From Squalus acanthias (Eukaryota), in contig JASTWF010000354.1 of NCBI GenBank assembly GCA_030390025.1, positions 310,001 through 374,000 of the forward strand: 64,000 nucleotides of DNA, written 5' to 3'. This document shows positions 1 to 11,317 of this stretch, one piece after another; within the stretch, counting starts at the first letter, position 1; each line of letters starts with the position of its first letter. The notes beneath the pieces are model-generated. The model made no database searches, had not been told where the DNA came from, and saw nothing but the letters and a program-made list of their open reading frames with translations. The translations under genes and the position numbers were made by a program.

Positions 1-696
1 CATTCACCCTGACTACTGCCTCTCCTAACCTGACTATTACCATTCACCCTGACTACTGCCTCTCCTAACCTGACTATTACCATTCACCCTGACTACTGCC
101 TCTCCTAACCTGACTATTACCATTCACCCTGACTACTGCCTCTCCTAACCTGACTATTACCATTCACCCTGACTACTGCCTCTCCTAACCTGACTATTAC
201 CATTCACCCTGACTACTGCCTCTCCTAACCTGACTATTACCATTCACCCTGACTACTGCCTCTCCTAACCTGACTATTACCATTCACCCTGACTACTGCC
301 TCTCCTAACCTGACTATTACCATTCACCCTGACTACTGCCTCTCCTAACCTGACTATTACCATTCACCCTGACTACTGCCTCTCCTAACCTGACTATTAC
401 CATTCACCCTGACTACTGCCTCTCCTAACCTGACTATTACCATTCACCCTGACTACTGCCTCTCCTAACCTGACTATTACCATTCACCCTGACTACTGCC
501 TCTCCTAACCTGACTATTACCATTCACCCTGACTACTGCCTCTCCTAACCTGACTATTACCATTCACCCTGACTACTGCCTCTCCTAACCTGACTATTAC
601 CATTCACCCTGACTACTGCCTCTCCTAACCTGACTATTACCATTCACCCTGACTACTGCCTCTCCTAACCTGACTATTACCACTCACCCTGACTAC
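1..696. repeat. Near-perfect 40-bp tandem repeat (~17 copies, runs off the window start)
   Basis: Unit CATTCACCCTGACTACTGCCTCTCCTAACCTGACTATTAC repeated without visible variation until ~681. Confidence 0.97.
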
Positions 697-1580
697 ATTT
701 GGAGTTTAAAATCGCTGAGTGTTTTGCAGCGATGGGGAAATTCTGCTGAAGATTCTTTCCCAATGTCTCCTGTGTTTAAGACCCTGTACAGCTCGATTGC
801 AATGTTAGAATCTCTCTAGTTTTACATTACACCGACATAACGTGAATTTAATCAGCATCCCAGCAAACTGCAGAGTAAAAGAGCAATGAGCTGGGCAGGA
901 AACGATATCTAAAGCTGTCTGTGGGTCATCAACACAAGGGACATAGGCCGAGAATATTAATCCTCGAAAAATAATTAAATCCTGTTCGCCCTTAATAAAT
1001 ATCCATCATTTCTTGCAAATTAATTCGATTCCTTATGAAAATTACTGATCTAATCCCCTCCAATATCTAATCCTTTCCGATATCACGATTATCAAAACCT
1101 GATTCACTTTCCCCAGATATGAAATCTCAGTAATAGGTTGTGTCTCGAAGGCCCCAATCTTTGCTCCTTCTGTCTCCTGTCTGGGCTCAGACGCTGCAAT
1201 GTGCTTTGTGTTTAATTTCTCCTGGTATTTGTGAATGAAAGATTTCTCCCCTCACTAATCTAATGATGGGCCTGAGATCAGACAGTCCAGCATTCCAACC
1301 CAGCGACCTTCCCCCGATATCAACCTCACATCAAAGCGGCTCCCACACTTTCTCACTTTACTCCTTGGGCTTTGCAGCTCGTGACCTCCTTCCCACCAAT
1401 CTCCCATCATTAGGAAATGGCCATGTTGATCTCTGTAACTGCAGGGAGCAGAGTTCAGGATTCCACCTCTCTGTAAATGTGAAAAGAAATCAGATTCTAA
1501 TCGTGGGTTCAGAATCCAGGGTCAGTGAGAGTGAAGAATAAATCAGAACATCGCTGGCACAGGATAATAAGCAGCAATAA

Positions 1581-1838
1581 TCCCAACCCAACCCCAACCC
1601 CACCCCAAACACCAACCCAACCCAACCCCAAACACCAACCCCAAACACCAACCCCAACCCCAATCCCCAAACACCAACCCCAAACACCAACCCAACCCCA
1701 AACCCCAAACCCCAACCCCAAACACCAACCCCAATCCCCAACCCCAAACCCAATCCCAAACCCAACCCCAAACACCAGCCCCAATCCCAACCCAACCCCA
1801 AACACCAACCCCAAACACCAACCCCAATCCCCAACCTC
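1581..1838. repeat. Degenerate (CCCCAA)n / (TTGGGG)n simple repeat
   Basis: Run of CCCCAA, CCCAA and CCCCAAACACCAA units; G-rich on the minus strand. Confidence 0.9.
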
Positions 1839-1863
1839 AATAATAATATAATCCCTGCAAGGT

Positions 1864-1985
1864 CCACACCACTCGGTTCAAGGGTCAGTCTGATCGACAC
1901 CACTCGGTCTAGGGGTCAAGGGTCAGTCTGATAGACACCAATTGGTCTAGGGGTGAAGGGTCAATCTGATGGACACCAGGGTCAG
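1864..1985. repeat. Short degenerate ~37-bp tandem repeat (~3 copies)
   Basis: Recurring AAGGGTCAGTCTGATNGACACCA motif. Confidence 0.7.
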
Positions 1986-2295
1986 GACAAGTTGATTGGA
2001 CAGGGAATTGTTCAAAGGAAAGTTGTTGTTATTTTACAGTTTAATATCGGGAGTGAAATAAAAGTGAAATCCAGAGAATAGAAGCAGGATGAGAATCTCG
2101 ACAACCCATCAGATTACAAACACTGAAATCTCCGATCCTTTGTGTGTAGGAAGCTCTTTATAGAATAATCCCAGGTATTAGAGGAATGAAACTGACATTG
2201 TACCTGCCCGGCCACATTTCATTCTTCAATCTCCACATTGACCTCGTTTCCTCATTCGATGAATCAGCGAAAAAACAATTTCAACCAATAGCTCA

Positions 2296-3372
2296 GAGTC
2301 AGCTGTGGCTCAGTGGGCAGCACTCTCGCCTCTGGGTCAGAAGGTTGTGGGTTCAATTCCCACTCCAGAAACTTGAGCCCTTAATCCAGGCTGACTCTCC
2401 CTGTGCAGTACTGAGGGAGCGCCACACTGTCGGAGGGACAGTACTGAGGGAGCGCCACACTGTCAGAGGGGCAGTACTGAGGGAGCGCTGCACTGTCAGA
2501 GGGACAGTACTGAGGGAGCGCTGCACTGTCGGAGGGGCAGTACTGAGGGAGCGCAGCACTGTCGGAGGGGCAGTACTGAGGGAATGCTGCACTGTCGGAG
2601 GGGCAGTACTGAGGGAGCGCCGCACTGTCAGAGGGGCAGTACTGAGGGAGCGCTGCACTGTCGGAGGGACAGTACTGAGGGAATGCTGCACTGTCGGAGG
2701 GGCAGTACTGAGGGAGTGCTGCACTGTCGGAGGGACAGTACTGAGGGAGTGCTGCACTGTCAGAGGGGCAGTACTGAGGGAGCACTGCACTTTTGGAGGG
2801 GCAGTACTGAGGGAATGCTGCACTGTCGGAGGGGCAGTACTGAGGGAGTGCTGTACTGTCGGAGAGGCAGTACTGAGGGCGCGCTGCACTGTCGGAGGGG
2901 CAGTATTGAGAGAGCGCTGCACTGTCAGAGGGGCAGTACTGAGGAAGTGCTGCACTGTCGGAGGGGCAGTAATGAGGGAGCGCTGCACGGTTGGAGGGAC
3001 AATACTAAAGGAGCGTGGCACTGTGGGAAGGACATTACTGAGGGAGTGCTGTTCTGTCTGAGGGGCTGTCTTTTGGACGAGACTGTAAAGTGAGAACCCC
3101 GTCCGCCCTCTCAGGTGGATGTAAATAATCACATATGAAATATTTAGAAGAAGGGCAGGGGAGTTTTCCCCGGTGTCCTGACCAATATTTTTCACTGGAT
3201 CGGATTATCTGGTCATGATCACATTGCTGTTTATGGGAGCTTGCTGTGCATAAATTTGCTTCCTCATTTCCTACAGTAAAACACTTCAAAAAGTACTTGA
3301 TTGGCTGCAAAGTGCTTTCTCAATGTCCTGAGGTTGTGAAGGGGGTTATAGAAATAAAAGACTTTCTTTCTT
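2296..3372 (+). mobile_element. tRNA-derived Deu-domain SINE (SacSINE1-like) with an internal 33-bp minisatellite
   Basis: tRNA-like head with box A TGGCTCAGTGG and box B GGTTCAATTCC; Deu-type core (CCCTCTCAGGTGGA...GGGGAGTTTTCCCCGGTGTCCTG); tail ending TATAGAAATAAAAGACTTTCTTTC. Confidence 0.8.
2405..3062 (+). repeat. 33-bp minisatellite (~20 units) inside SINE
   Basis: Unit GCAGTACTGAGGGAGCGCTGCACTGTCGGAGGG. Confidence 0.95.
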
Positions 3373-3555
3373 TCTGTCTCATCGCGATCTTCAGTCAGTC
3401 TTTGTGTTCATCCAACCAGTGATCACACTTTACATTTCGATCGCTCTCCGGTCGCACTGCTTAACTCTGCTAAATCTTTACAACCTCATAAATATCTTCA
3501 TTATTCATCTAAATCCTCACATAAAGAGATTAAAAATGTCCCAGTCCATCAGCCC

Positions 3556-3923
3556 AGTGTGTGAATGAGCATTGCACAGTTTATGTCACTCATTGTACAG
3601 CACAGTGAACGAGCATTGCCCGGTTTATGTCACTCATTATACAGCACAGTGAACGAGCATTACACGGTTTATGTCACTCATTATACAGCACAGTGAACGA
3701 GCATTGCACGGTTTATGTCACTCATTATACAGCACAGTGAACGAGCATTGCACGGTTTATGTCACTCATTATACAGCACAGTGAACGAGCATTGCACGGT
3801 TTATGTCACTCATTATACAGCACAGTGAACGAGCATTGCACGGTTTATGTCACTCATTATGCAGCACAGTGTGTGAACGAGCATTGCACGGTTTATGTCA
3901 CTCATTATACAACACAGTGTGTG
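3556..3923. repeat. 44-bp tandem repeat (~8 copies)
   Basis: Unit CACAGTGAACGAGCATTGCACGGTTTATGTCACTCATTATACAG. Confidence 0.93.
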
Positions 3924-4522
3924 AAATATGCTATCATTGGGAATAATTGTCCGGTACTTGGAATAATGTAAATGACACATTTATCATGGAATTCTGGAAA
4001 ACAGTGAGGATTATCCGATGGTTAATGATTGTAATAAATCGAGGCCAACACACTCCATAACTTAACGTTAGTGCTGGAAATTCTCGATCTGTGCAAGGCC
4101 ATTACTGCGAGTGATGGGACTAGACTCAGTGAGAGCATTGAGCGAGATTAACATTGTCTTATTCCAGTAATTCTGTGTAATTTTACTGCCTGTTAAATGT
4201 ACAGATGTTCTCGCTATTGATAATGTGTTCACACAATCTGTCAGGGCTATTGGTCAGGTTATTGATACTGTTAGTGCTCCCAGTAATACCAGGAGATCTG
4301 AGTATCAATATAATCACAGGAAGAGTCACAGAGACCCTGCCCTCAACACACTGCCTCAATCCACGGGGCCAGGAGGCACTCGCTGCTTCCTGGAGAGTTT
4401 GGCTCAATTCAGGCCATTGTCAGTTAACACTGCGCTCTCGCCCAATAATTCTTCATTCATAACTATGGTAACAGTATCATGGGATGTATCAGTGGGTACG
4501 GTTAGTGTAGTGGTCAGCTTAC

Positions 4523-5380
4523 TACAACAACAACTTGCATTTATATAGCACCTTTAACCTAGTAACACGTTCCAAGTCGCTTCATAGGAGCGTAAATCAG
4601 AAAAAAATTGACACCGAGACCCATAAGGAGAATTAGGACAGGTGGCCAAAAGCTTGTTCAAAGAGGGAGGTTTTAGGGAGCGTCTTAAAGAAGGAGAGAG
4701 GTGGAGAGGTTTAGGGAGGGAATTCCAGAGCTTAGGACCCAGGCAGATGAAGGCACGGCCACCAATGGTGGAGCGATTAAAATCGTGAATGGACAAGAGG
4801 CCAGAATTGGAGGAGTGCAGAGATCTCGGAGGGGTGTAGGGCTGGAGGGGGTTACAGAGATGGGGAGGGGTGTAGGGTGGGAGGGGTTACAGAGATAGGG
4901 AGGGGTGTAGGGTGGGTGGAGGTTACAGAGATAGGGAGGGGTGTAGGGTGGGAGGGGGTTACAGAGATGGGGAAGGGTGTAGGGTGGGAGGGGGTTACAG
5001 AGATAGGGAGGGGTGTAGGGCAGGAGGGGGTTACAGAGATGGGGAGGGGTGTAGGGCGGGAGGGGGTTACAGAGATAGGGAGGGGTGTCGGGCGGGAGTG
5101 GGTTACAGAGATGGGGAGGGGTGTAGGGCGGGAGGGGGTTACAGAGATGGGGAGGGGTGTAGGGCGGGAGGGGGTTACAGAGAAAGGGAGGGGTGTAGGG
5201 CGGGAGGAGGTTACAGAGATGGGGAGTTGTGTAGTGCGGGAGGGGGTTAGAGAGAGAGGGGGGGTGAAGGGCGGGAGGGGGTTACAGAGATAGGGAGGGG
5301 TGAAGGGCGGGAGGGGGGTTACAGAGATAGGGAGGGGTGTAGTGTGGGAGGGGGTTACAGAGAGAGGGAGGGGTCGGGCG
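4523..5380 (-). mobile_element. L2-type LINE 3' end with an expanded ~35-36-bp G-rich minisatellite (4829-5380)
   Basis: Minus-strand translation STIGGRAFICLGPKLWNSLP (L2 ORF2 C-terminus); tail TATATAAATGCAAGTTGTTGTTG; array unit GGAGGGGTGTAGGGYGGGAGGGGGTTACAGAGATRG. Confidence 0.85.
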
Positions 5381-5961
5381 TGCAGGGTTTCTGAGCTTCT
5401 GTGGGCCAAGGTATGTTTCCTGCCTCGGAGACGGAAGCTGTCAGTCAGACAAGGTCTGGGGGAAAGTTTTGTAACTCTGAATATTTCTTGTCTCTCAGAT
5501 GGAACTGAGCTGTGGGCCTGAGTGAGAGAAGCTGTGGGAATGAGTTGATGTGCAGGGACTGAGGGAGACAGTGTGTCTGCTGTCTCCCTTCTCTCCCACT
5601 CTGCTCTATAAGCTTCATATCATCGGCTCCCTGAACTGTGCTTATTGTTTGTGCCTGTGGACCCTTCCCTGGTTAATGGAGCCATCGAACTGTGAGGACT
5701 GTTACTGAGGAAGTGAGCTGGCTCTGCAGACAGGGCTCCAAGGTGTGGAATACCAGAAGAGATTCGCTGGCCTTACACTGCCAGTGGCCTTTCCTTCTGT
5801 CTGACAACTTGAATCAAATATATTTTACTCACATTGTATTTCAGCTGAAAGTAATTCAAAGAGTGAAGTTTCGATTCTGATTTCTGTATTATTGGATTCC
5901 TCTGACAGGTGAGATTAATAAAAGCTGGTCTGAGTTACAGTCTGAGGCCAGGGTGACCCTG

Positions 5962-6763
5962 TGTAGGTCAGTGAGCACAGGGGTGAACGGGACTTGGTGA
6001 AGTTTATGGAGGGTGGAAGGTGGGAGGCCGAGCCTCATTGTGCTGAGCCCGTTATCTGTACAGGGAGGGCACGGCTTCGACTGTTAGACTCGACTATTCC
6101 AACGCTCTCCGGGCCGGACTCCCACCTTGCACCATTCCAGAGCTTAGGGCCCAGGCAGTAGAAGGCACGGCCGCCAATGGTGGAGCGATTAAAATCGGGG
6201 ATGGACAAGAGGCCAGAATTGGTGGAGCCCAGAGATCTCGGAGGGCTGTAGGGCTGGAGGAGGTTACAGAGATAGGGAGGTGGGGTTGTCCATGGATGGA
6301 TTTGAACAAAGATGAGATTTTTAAATTGAATCATTGGTGAATTGGGAGCCAATGTAGGTCAGCGAGCACAGGGGTGATGGGTGAACGGGACTTGGTGCGA
6401 GTTAGGACACGGGCAGCAGAGTTTTGGATGAGCTCCAGTTTACACAGGTTGGAAGGTGGGAGGCCGGCCAGGAGAGTTTTGGAATATTCGAGTCTGGAGA
6501 TAACGAAGGCAGGGATGAGGTTTTCAGCAGCTGATGAGCTGAGGTGGGGCGGAGACGGGCGATGTTAGGGAGGTGGCAGTAGGCGGTCTTGGTGATGGAG
6601 AGGATGTGGGGTCGGAAGCTGAGCTCAGGGTTAAATAGGATTCCAAGGTCGCGAACGGTCTGGTTCAGCCTCTGACAGTGGCCAGGGAGAGGGATGGAGT
6701 CGGTGACCCGGGAACGGAGTTTGTGGCGGGGACTGAAGTCAATGGCTTCACTCTTCCCAATAT
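5962..6763 (-). mobile_element. L2-type LINE ORF2 fragments, locally rearranged
   Basis: PPYLCNLLQPYSPPRSLGSTNSGLLSIPDFNRSTIGGRAF on the minus strand; ~6080-6133 is an inverted copy of sequence seen at ~6450-6495. Confidence 0.75.
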
Positions 6764-7644
6764 GTAAAGATGTAAATGTCTTGTCTCAGTGTAAATTCTG
6801 TTCTCTAACAAGGGACCTGGTGCCGTGATATTCACCATTCACACAGAATAACAATCTGAAGAATCCCAATGGATATTAAACAGAAATTATCCTTCACAAA
6901 GCTTGTGAATAATTGCCGGCACTCTGCCAATTTCTGAGCGAGATCTTTAACTCTTCTCCTGTTCACAGTGGAGATCCCGAGACAGACGGTCCCTGGGCTG
7001 CGAGTCTGTTCCAGCAAATTATCACATTGTTCGCAATAAAATGAACCCTATAAATCCCGCCTTGTTTCTGAAATGAACAAATGTGTCAAGCACAGCAAAC
7101 AAAAGGACTATTAGGAAATAAAGCAATCTTATTTAAAATAAAGCTGGTCATTAATAATGGGAATGGTTGGAGTCTCTCCCAGGCTGGTTCTGCCCTCTCA
7201 GAATCTGGCTCCTGTTCAGGGTCAGGGTTACACAGGGAGGGGCAGTGGGCACAGACTCTGCCTTTGGGATTCTGGGGCTGAGATTTTTTGGAAGGAGTGG
7301 GTGGTAGAATCAATTAGAAATGGGAATGGATTATCCCAGGAATGTTTGATGGATTCTGGCACCAACACTCTTTGAGCCGGTGACTCTCCCCTCTGGGAAT
7401 GAGAAGTGAAGCTTTAAAGCTCGGGGAGGAGGGCTGAGGGGAGCCAATCCAGGACTGAATCTCCGTCTTTAAAGAGTCTCGGGAGAGACAGTCTGAAGAT
7501 GAAGTTATAAAGCACAGAATCAGGGAGAGATTCCTCGGAGGAGCAGTTTAGGTTCAATGAGACTCTTACTGAGATCCTGGAGGCAAATATGTGAGTAAAA
7601 GCCGATCTAAGACAGGCATGACCTGGATCAGGGAGTCGGATGCA

Positions 7645-8596
7645 GCATTTCCAAATTTGCAGACGACACTAAACTAGGAGGGGGGGTGGGCTCAGAGGAG
7701 GAGACCAGGAAGCTCCAGAGCGATTTGGACAGACTGGGTGATTGGGCGGATAAATGGCAGATGCACTATAATGTGGACAAGTGCGAAGTTATCCACCTTG
7801 GGTACAGGAACGGGAGGGCAAATTATTATTTAAATGGCAATAAATTGGGAGAGGGGGAAGTACAGAGAGACCTGGGTGTTCTTGTACACCAGTCACTGAA
7901 GGCGAGCATGCAGGTGCAACAGGCGGTCAAGAAGGCAAACGGTATGCTGGCCTTCATAGCAAAAGGGTTGGAATACAGGAACAGGGATACCTTGCTGCAG
8001 CTGTACAGGGCACTGGTGAGACCACACCTCGAGTACTGTGTACAGTTTTGGTCGCCTCATCTGAGGAAAGATGTTCTTGCCATGGAGGGGGTGCAGCGGC
8101 GATTCACCAGGCTGATACCAGGAATGGCGGGATTGACCTATGAGGAGAGACTATGTAGTTTAGGGATGTACACACTGGAGTTTAGAAGATCGAGAGGGGA
8201 CCTCATAGAAGTGTATAAAATTCTGACAGGTCTAGACAGACTAGATGCAGAAGGAATGTTTCCCTTGGCGGGTGAGAACAGAACTAGAGGACATAATTTA
8301 AGGATAAGGGCTAAACCATTTAGGACAGAAATGAGGGGGAATTTCTTCACTCAGAGGGTGGTGAACCTGTGGAACTCATTGCCACAGAGGGCAGTGTACG
8401 CCAGCTCATTAAATATATTTAAGAGGGAATTAGATATATTTCTACAGGCAAAAGGGGTTAAGGGTTACGGAGAGAAGGCGGGGACGGGATACTGAATTGG
8501 AGGATCAGCCATGATCTCATTAAATGGCGGAGCAGGCTCGAAGGGCCGGATGGCCTACTCCTGCTCCTATCTTCTATGTATCTATGTATCTATGTA
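7645..8596 (+). mobile_element. 5'-truncated CR1 LINE (end of RT, 3'UTR)
   Basis: SKFADDTKLG, LVRPHLEYCVQFWSP and FFTQRVVNLWNSLP motifs; (TCTATGTA)n tail. Confidence 0.93.
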
Positions 8597-8798
8597 AAGG
8601 CTCCCAGTGCAGGCAGTGTGGAAATACTGGAGTAATATGCGAGTAAAAGCATATCTGCCCTCAGGATCTCCAGAATTCCAGAGCCCAGGGCCCCGGGTTT
8701 AATCCTGTCACTCTCACTGTACAGGACAGCTGGAGACAGTGCGATGGAACAATCTCACACTCTGCCTCTGAATCACATCTTCCACCCTTCAAATAATG

Positions 8799-8890
8799 AT
8801 TGGCTCAAAGTCCCAGAGACGCCAATATTGACCCAAAGTCCCAGAGACGCCAATATTGGCTCAAAGTCCCAGAGACACCAATATTGGCCC
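8799..8890. repeat. 28-bp tandem repeat (3 copies)
   Basis: Unit TGGCTCAAAGTCCCAGAGACGCCAATAT. Confidence 0.85.
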
Positions 8891-9244
8891 AGTTCCATTT
8901 ATCCCGGGAATGGGCTCTGACAGGAAGGCAATTCAGCCCAATGCACTCTGGGCGCTTGTCCATTCTGTGCTTTGTGTTAGAGTCCAGTTTAACAGCTTCC
9001 ATTGATTCCACTAAAGCGGAAACTCTCCTTGTTTAATTTGTGGGTCATTAAGGGAACATTTTACAAAACAAATGTGGTGCTGATAATCTCAATATCGCCC
9101 CAACAAGCAGAAAGCAGCATTTCCCACCAGAGGGCAAAGGTCAGTCTGCACCGTACGCTGTACGAGCGATAACAGTAAGTCCATCGTACGTACGTTGTGT
9201 TCTGCGCCCAGGACAGGTCCTCACTCGAGTCTCACACTCGAGGT

Positions 9245-9740
9245 TCTTGTGCCATTCTCGGGATGTGGGCGTCGCTGGCAAGGCCAGCATTTATTGCCCA
9301 TCCCTAGTTGCCCTTGAGAAGATGGTGGTGATCCACCTTCTTGAACCGCTGCAGTCCGTGTGGTGTAGGTGCTCCCACATTGCTGTTAGGGAGGTTGTTC
9401 CAGGTTTCCAAGTCAGGATGGTGTGTGACTTGGAGGGGAACTTGGAGGTGGTGGTCTTCCATGCACCTGCTGCCCTTGTCCATCTAGGTGGTGGAGGGAG
9501 TGGGTTTGGGAAGTGCTGGGAAAGAAGCCTTGGCGAGTTGCTGCAGGACATCCTGTGGATGGTCCACACTGCAGACACGGTGCACCGGGGGAGGAGGGAG
9601 TGGGTTTGGGAGGTGCTGGGGAAGAAGCCTTGGCGAGTTGCTGCAGGACATCCTGTGGATGGTCCACACTGCAGACACGGTGCGCCGGGGGAGGAGGGAG
9701 TGGGTTTGGGAGGTGCTGGGGAAGAAGCCTTGGCGAGTTG
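9245..9740 (-). mobile_element. 3' fragment of a second CR1-like LINE family, with an internal 100-bp tandem repeat (~2.5 copies)
   Basis: 3' end GGATGGGCAATAAATGCTGGCC...GCGACGCCCACATCCC on the minus strand; repeat units start near 9494, 9594 and 9694. Confidence 0.7.
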
Positions 9741-10197
9741 GTGCGCAGTGACTAAGGTACAGGACAGCAGCAGTGAGGAGCCGGCTGCAGGGAGATGGGG
9801 GTTAAATCCCTTCACACCCGTTTCTGGTCAGGATGCGATCTACTGCTCCCGCTGGATCCGTCCCTCCATTGAACTGAGAGCGGCCCGTGTTCACCAGATG
9901 ATATATCACAGCTCCCAGACAGTTCAATGTTATTATATTGTTTCATCTGAGACCAGCTGACCCTCAATAATCTCTTTAAAGCTTCTGGTTAAACGCAACA
10001 ACACTGAACATCTGAACATTTTCTTTAAGTGCCTTCTTTCAGAAAGATTTCTGCCTCTGGCAGCTAATTAACCCTGAGCTCCCAAACAGCCCATAATCCC
10101 TGGGCTCCGCTCTCTCGCTTCGATGCTCAGTTCAGCTTCTGGGCCACATTTGACTAATAGTGATCTGTTCATCGCACTAATTCAGGTCTAATTGAAT

Positions 10198-11010
10198 TAA
10201 AAAAGCAAAATACTGCGGATGCTGGAAATCTGAAATAAAAACAGAAAATGCTGGATGTACTCAGCAGGTCAGGCAGCATCTGTGGAGAGAGAAACAGAGT
10301 TAACGTTTCAGGTCGATGACCCTTCGTCCGAACTGGAAAAAGCTGGAGATGGAACAGGTTTTTAAGCAAGTGCAGGGGCAGGGAAAGGGGGGAGGGGAGG
10401 AAAGAACAAAAGGGAAGGTCTGTGATAGGATGGAAGGCAGGGGAGATTAAGAGACATTAAGAGATTAAGAGATGGTGCAAGGCAAAAGGAATGGTAATGG
10501 GACAAGTTAAGAAACAAAAGATGGCTCTAGATGAAGTGTACATGGCACTGACAGAATGAAAGACAGTTGCCCTGTGGGAGAGAGAAATAAATAAATAAAA
10601 TAAATGGCAAAAATAGGGGCAGAGGTTATGATCTGAAATTGTTGAAATTGATGTTGAGTCCAGAAGGCTGTAAAGTGCCTAATCGAAAGATGAGGTGCTG
10701 TTGCTCGCGCTTATGTTGAGCTTCATTGGAACAGTGTAAGAGGCCGAGGATGGTGAGGTCTGAGTGGGAGTGGAGCGGTGAATTAAAGTGACAGGCGACC
10801 GGAAGTTCATGGTGCACCCTTATGGACTGAACGGAGGTGTTCCGCAAAGCGGTCACACAATCTGCGTTTGGTCTCCCCAATGTAGAGGAGACCACATCGT
10901 GAGCAGTGAATACAGTATACTAAATTGCAGGAAGTACAAGTAAATCGCTGTTACACCTGGAAGGAGTGTTTGGGGCCCTGGACAGTGAGAAGGGTGGAGG
11001 TAAAAGGGCA
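10198..11010 (-). mobile_element. Penelope-like element 3' fragment (GIY-YIG endonuclease C-terminus plus pseudo-LTR)
   Basis: ELPVACHFNSPLHSHSDL...EQQHLIFRLGTLQPSGLNINF; homologous to 25550-26210. Confidence 0.85.
10298..10334 (-). ncRNA. Minimal type-I hammerhead-like motif, core mutated (CGGACGA)
   Basis: Minus strand AGTT-CGGACGA-A-GGGTC ATC GACCT-GAAAC-GTT-AACT. Confidence 0.5.
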
Positions 11011-11317
11011 ACCAATTGTGTTAACCCGTGTCCCACAATCCAGGGGATTTCGGGCAACACTCGATACCTGAGATCCTCAATCACAGGTCAGTGAGTGAAG
11101 GGAACATCGAGAGAACATTCAACTCCACAGAAATGAAACCCTTATTCCTGCCTCCTTCTGGCATTCTCCTTCTGCCTGATATTTCTGGGGATCAATCGAT
11201 GTGATTAAGCCCAGGGCGGGCCGGGATACTAATGAGACAATTGGGCAAGTAATCTGTCAATCAGCCTCGCTAATTGATATCAAGCGGCTCACTGTTGGTG
11301 AAGGAGTTCTCACTGAC

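Noticed and set aside
1581..1838. True telomeric array
   Set aside because: Not TTAGGG; irregular and short
1490..1903. Gly/Trp- or Pro/Asn-rich proteins
   Set aside because: Translations of the CCCCAA simple repeat
2296..2370. tRNA gene (also at ~29225-29285 and 44810-44881)
   Set aside because: These are SINE heads that continue directly into SINE body; no proper acceptor stem
11201..11317. N-terminal extension of the 962-aa ORF as a host-LINE fusion
   Set aside because: Non-ATG start in flanking DNA upstream of the truncation point; likely a chance open frame
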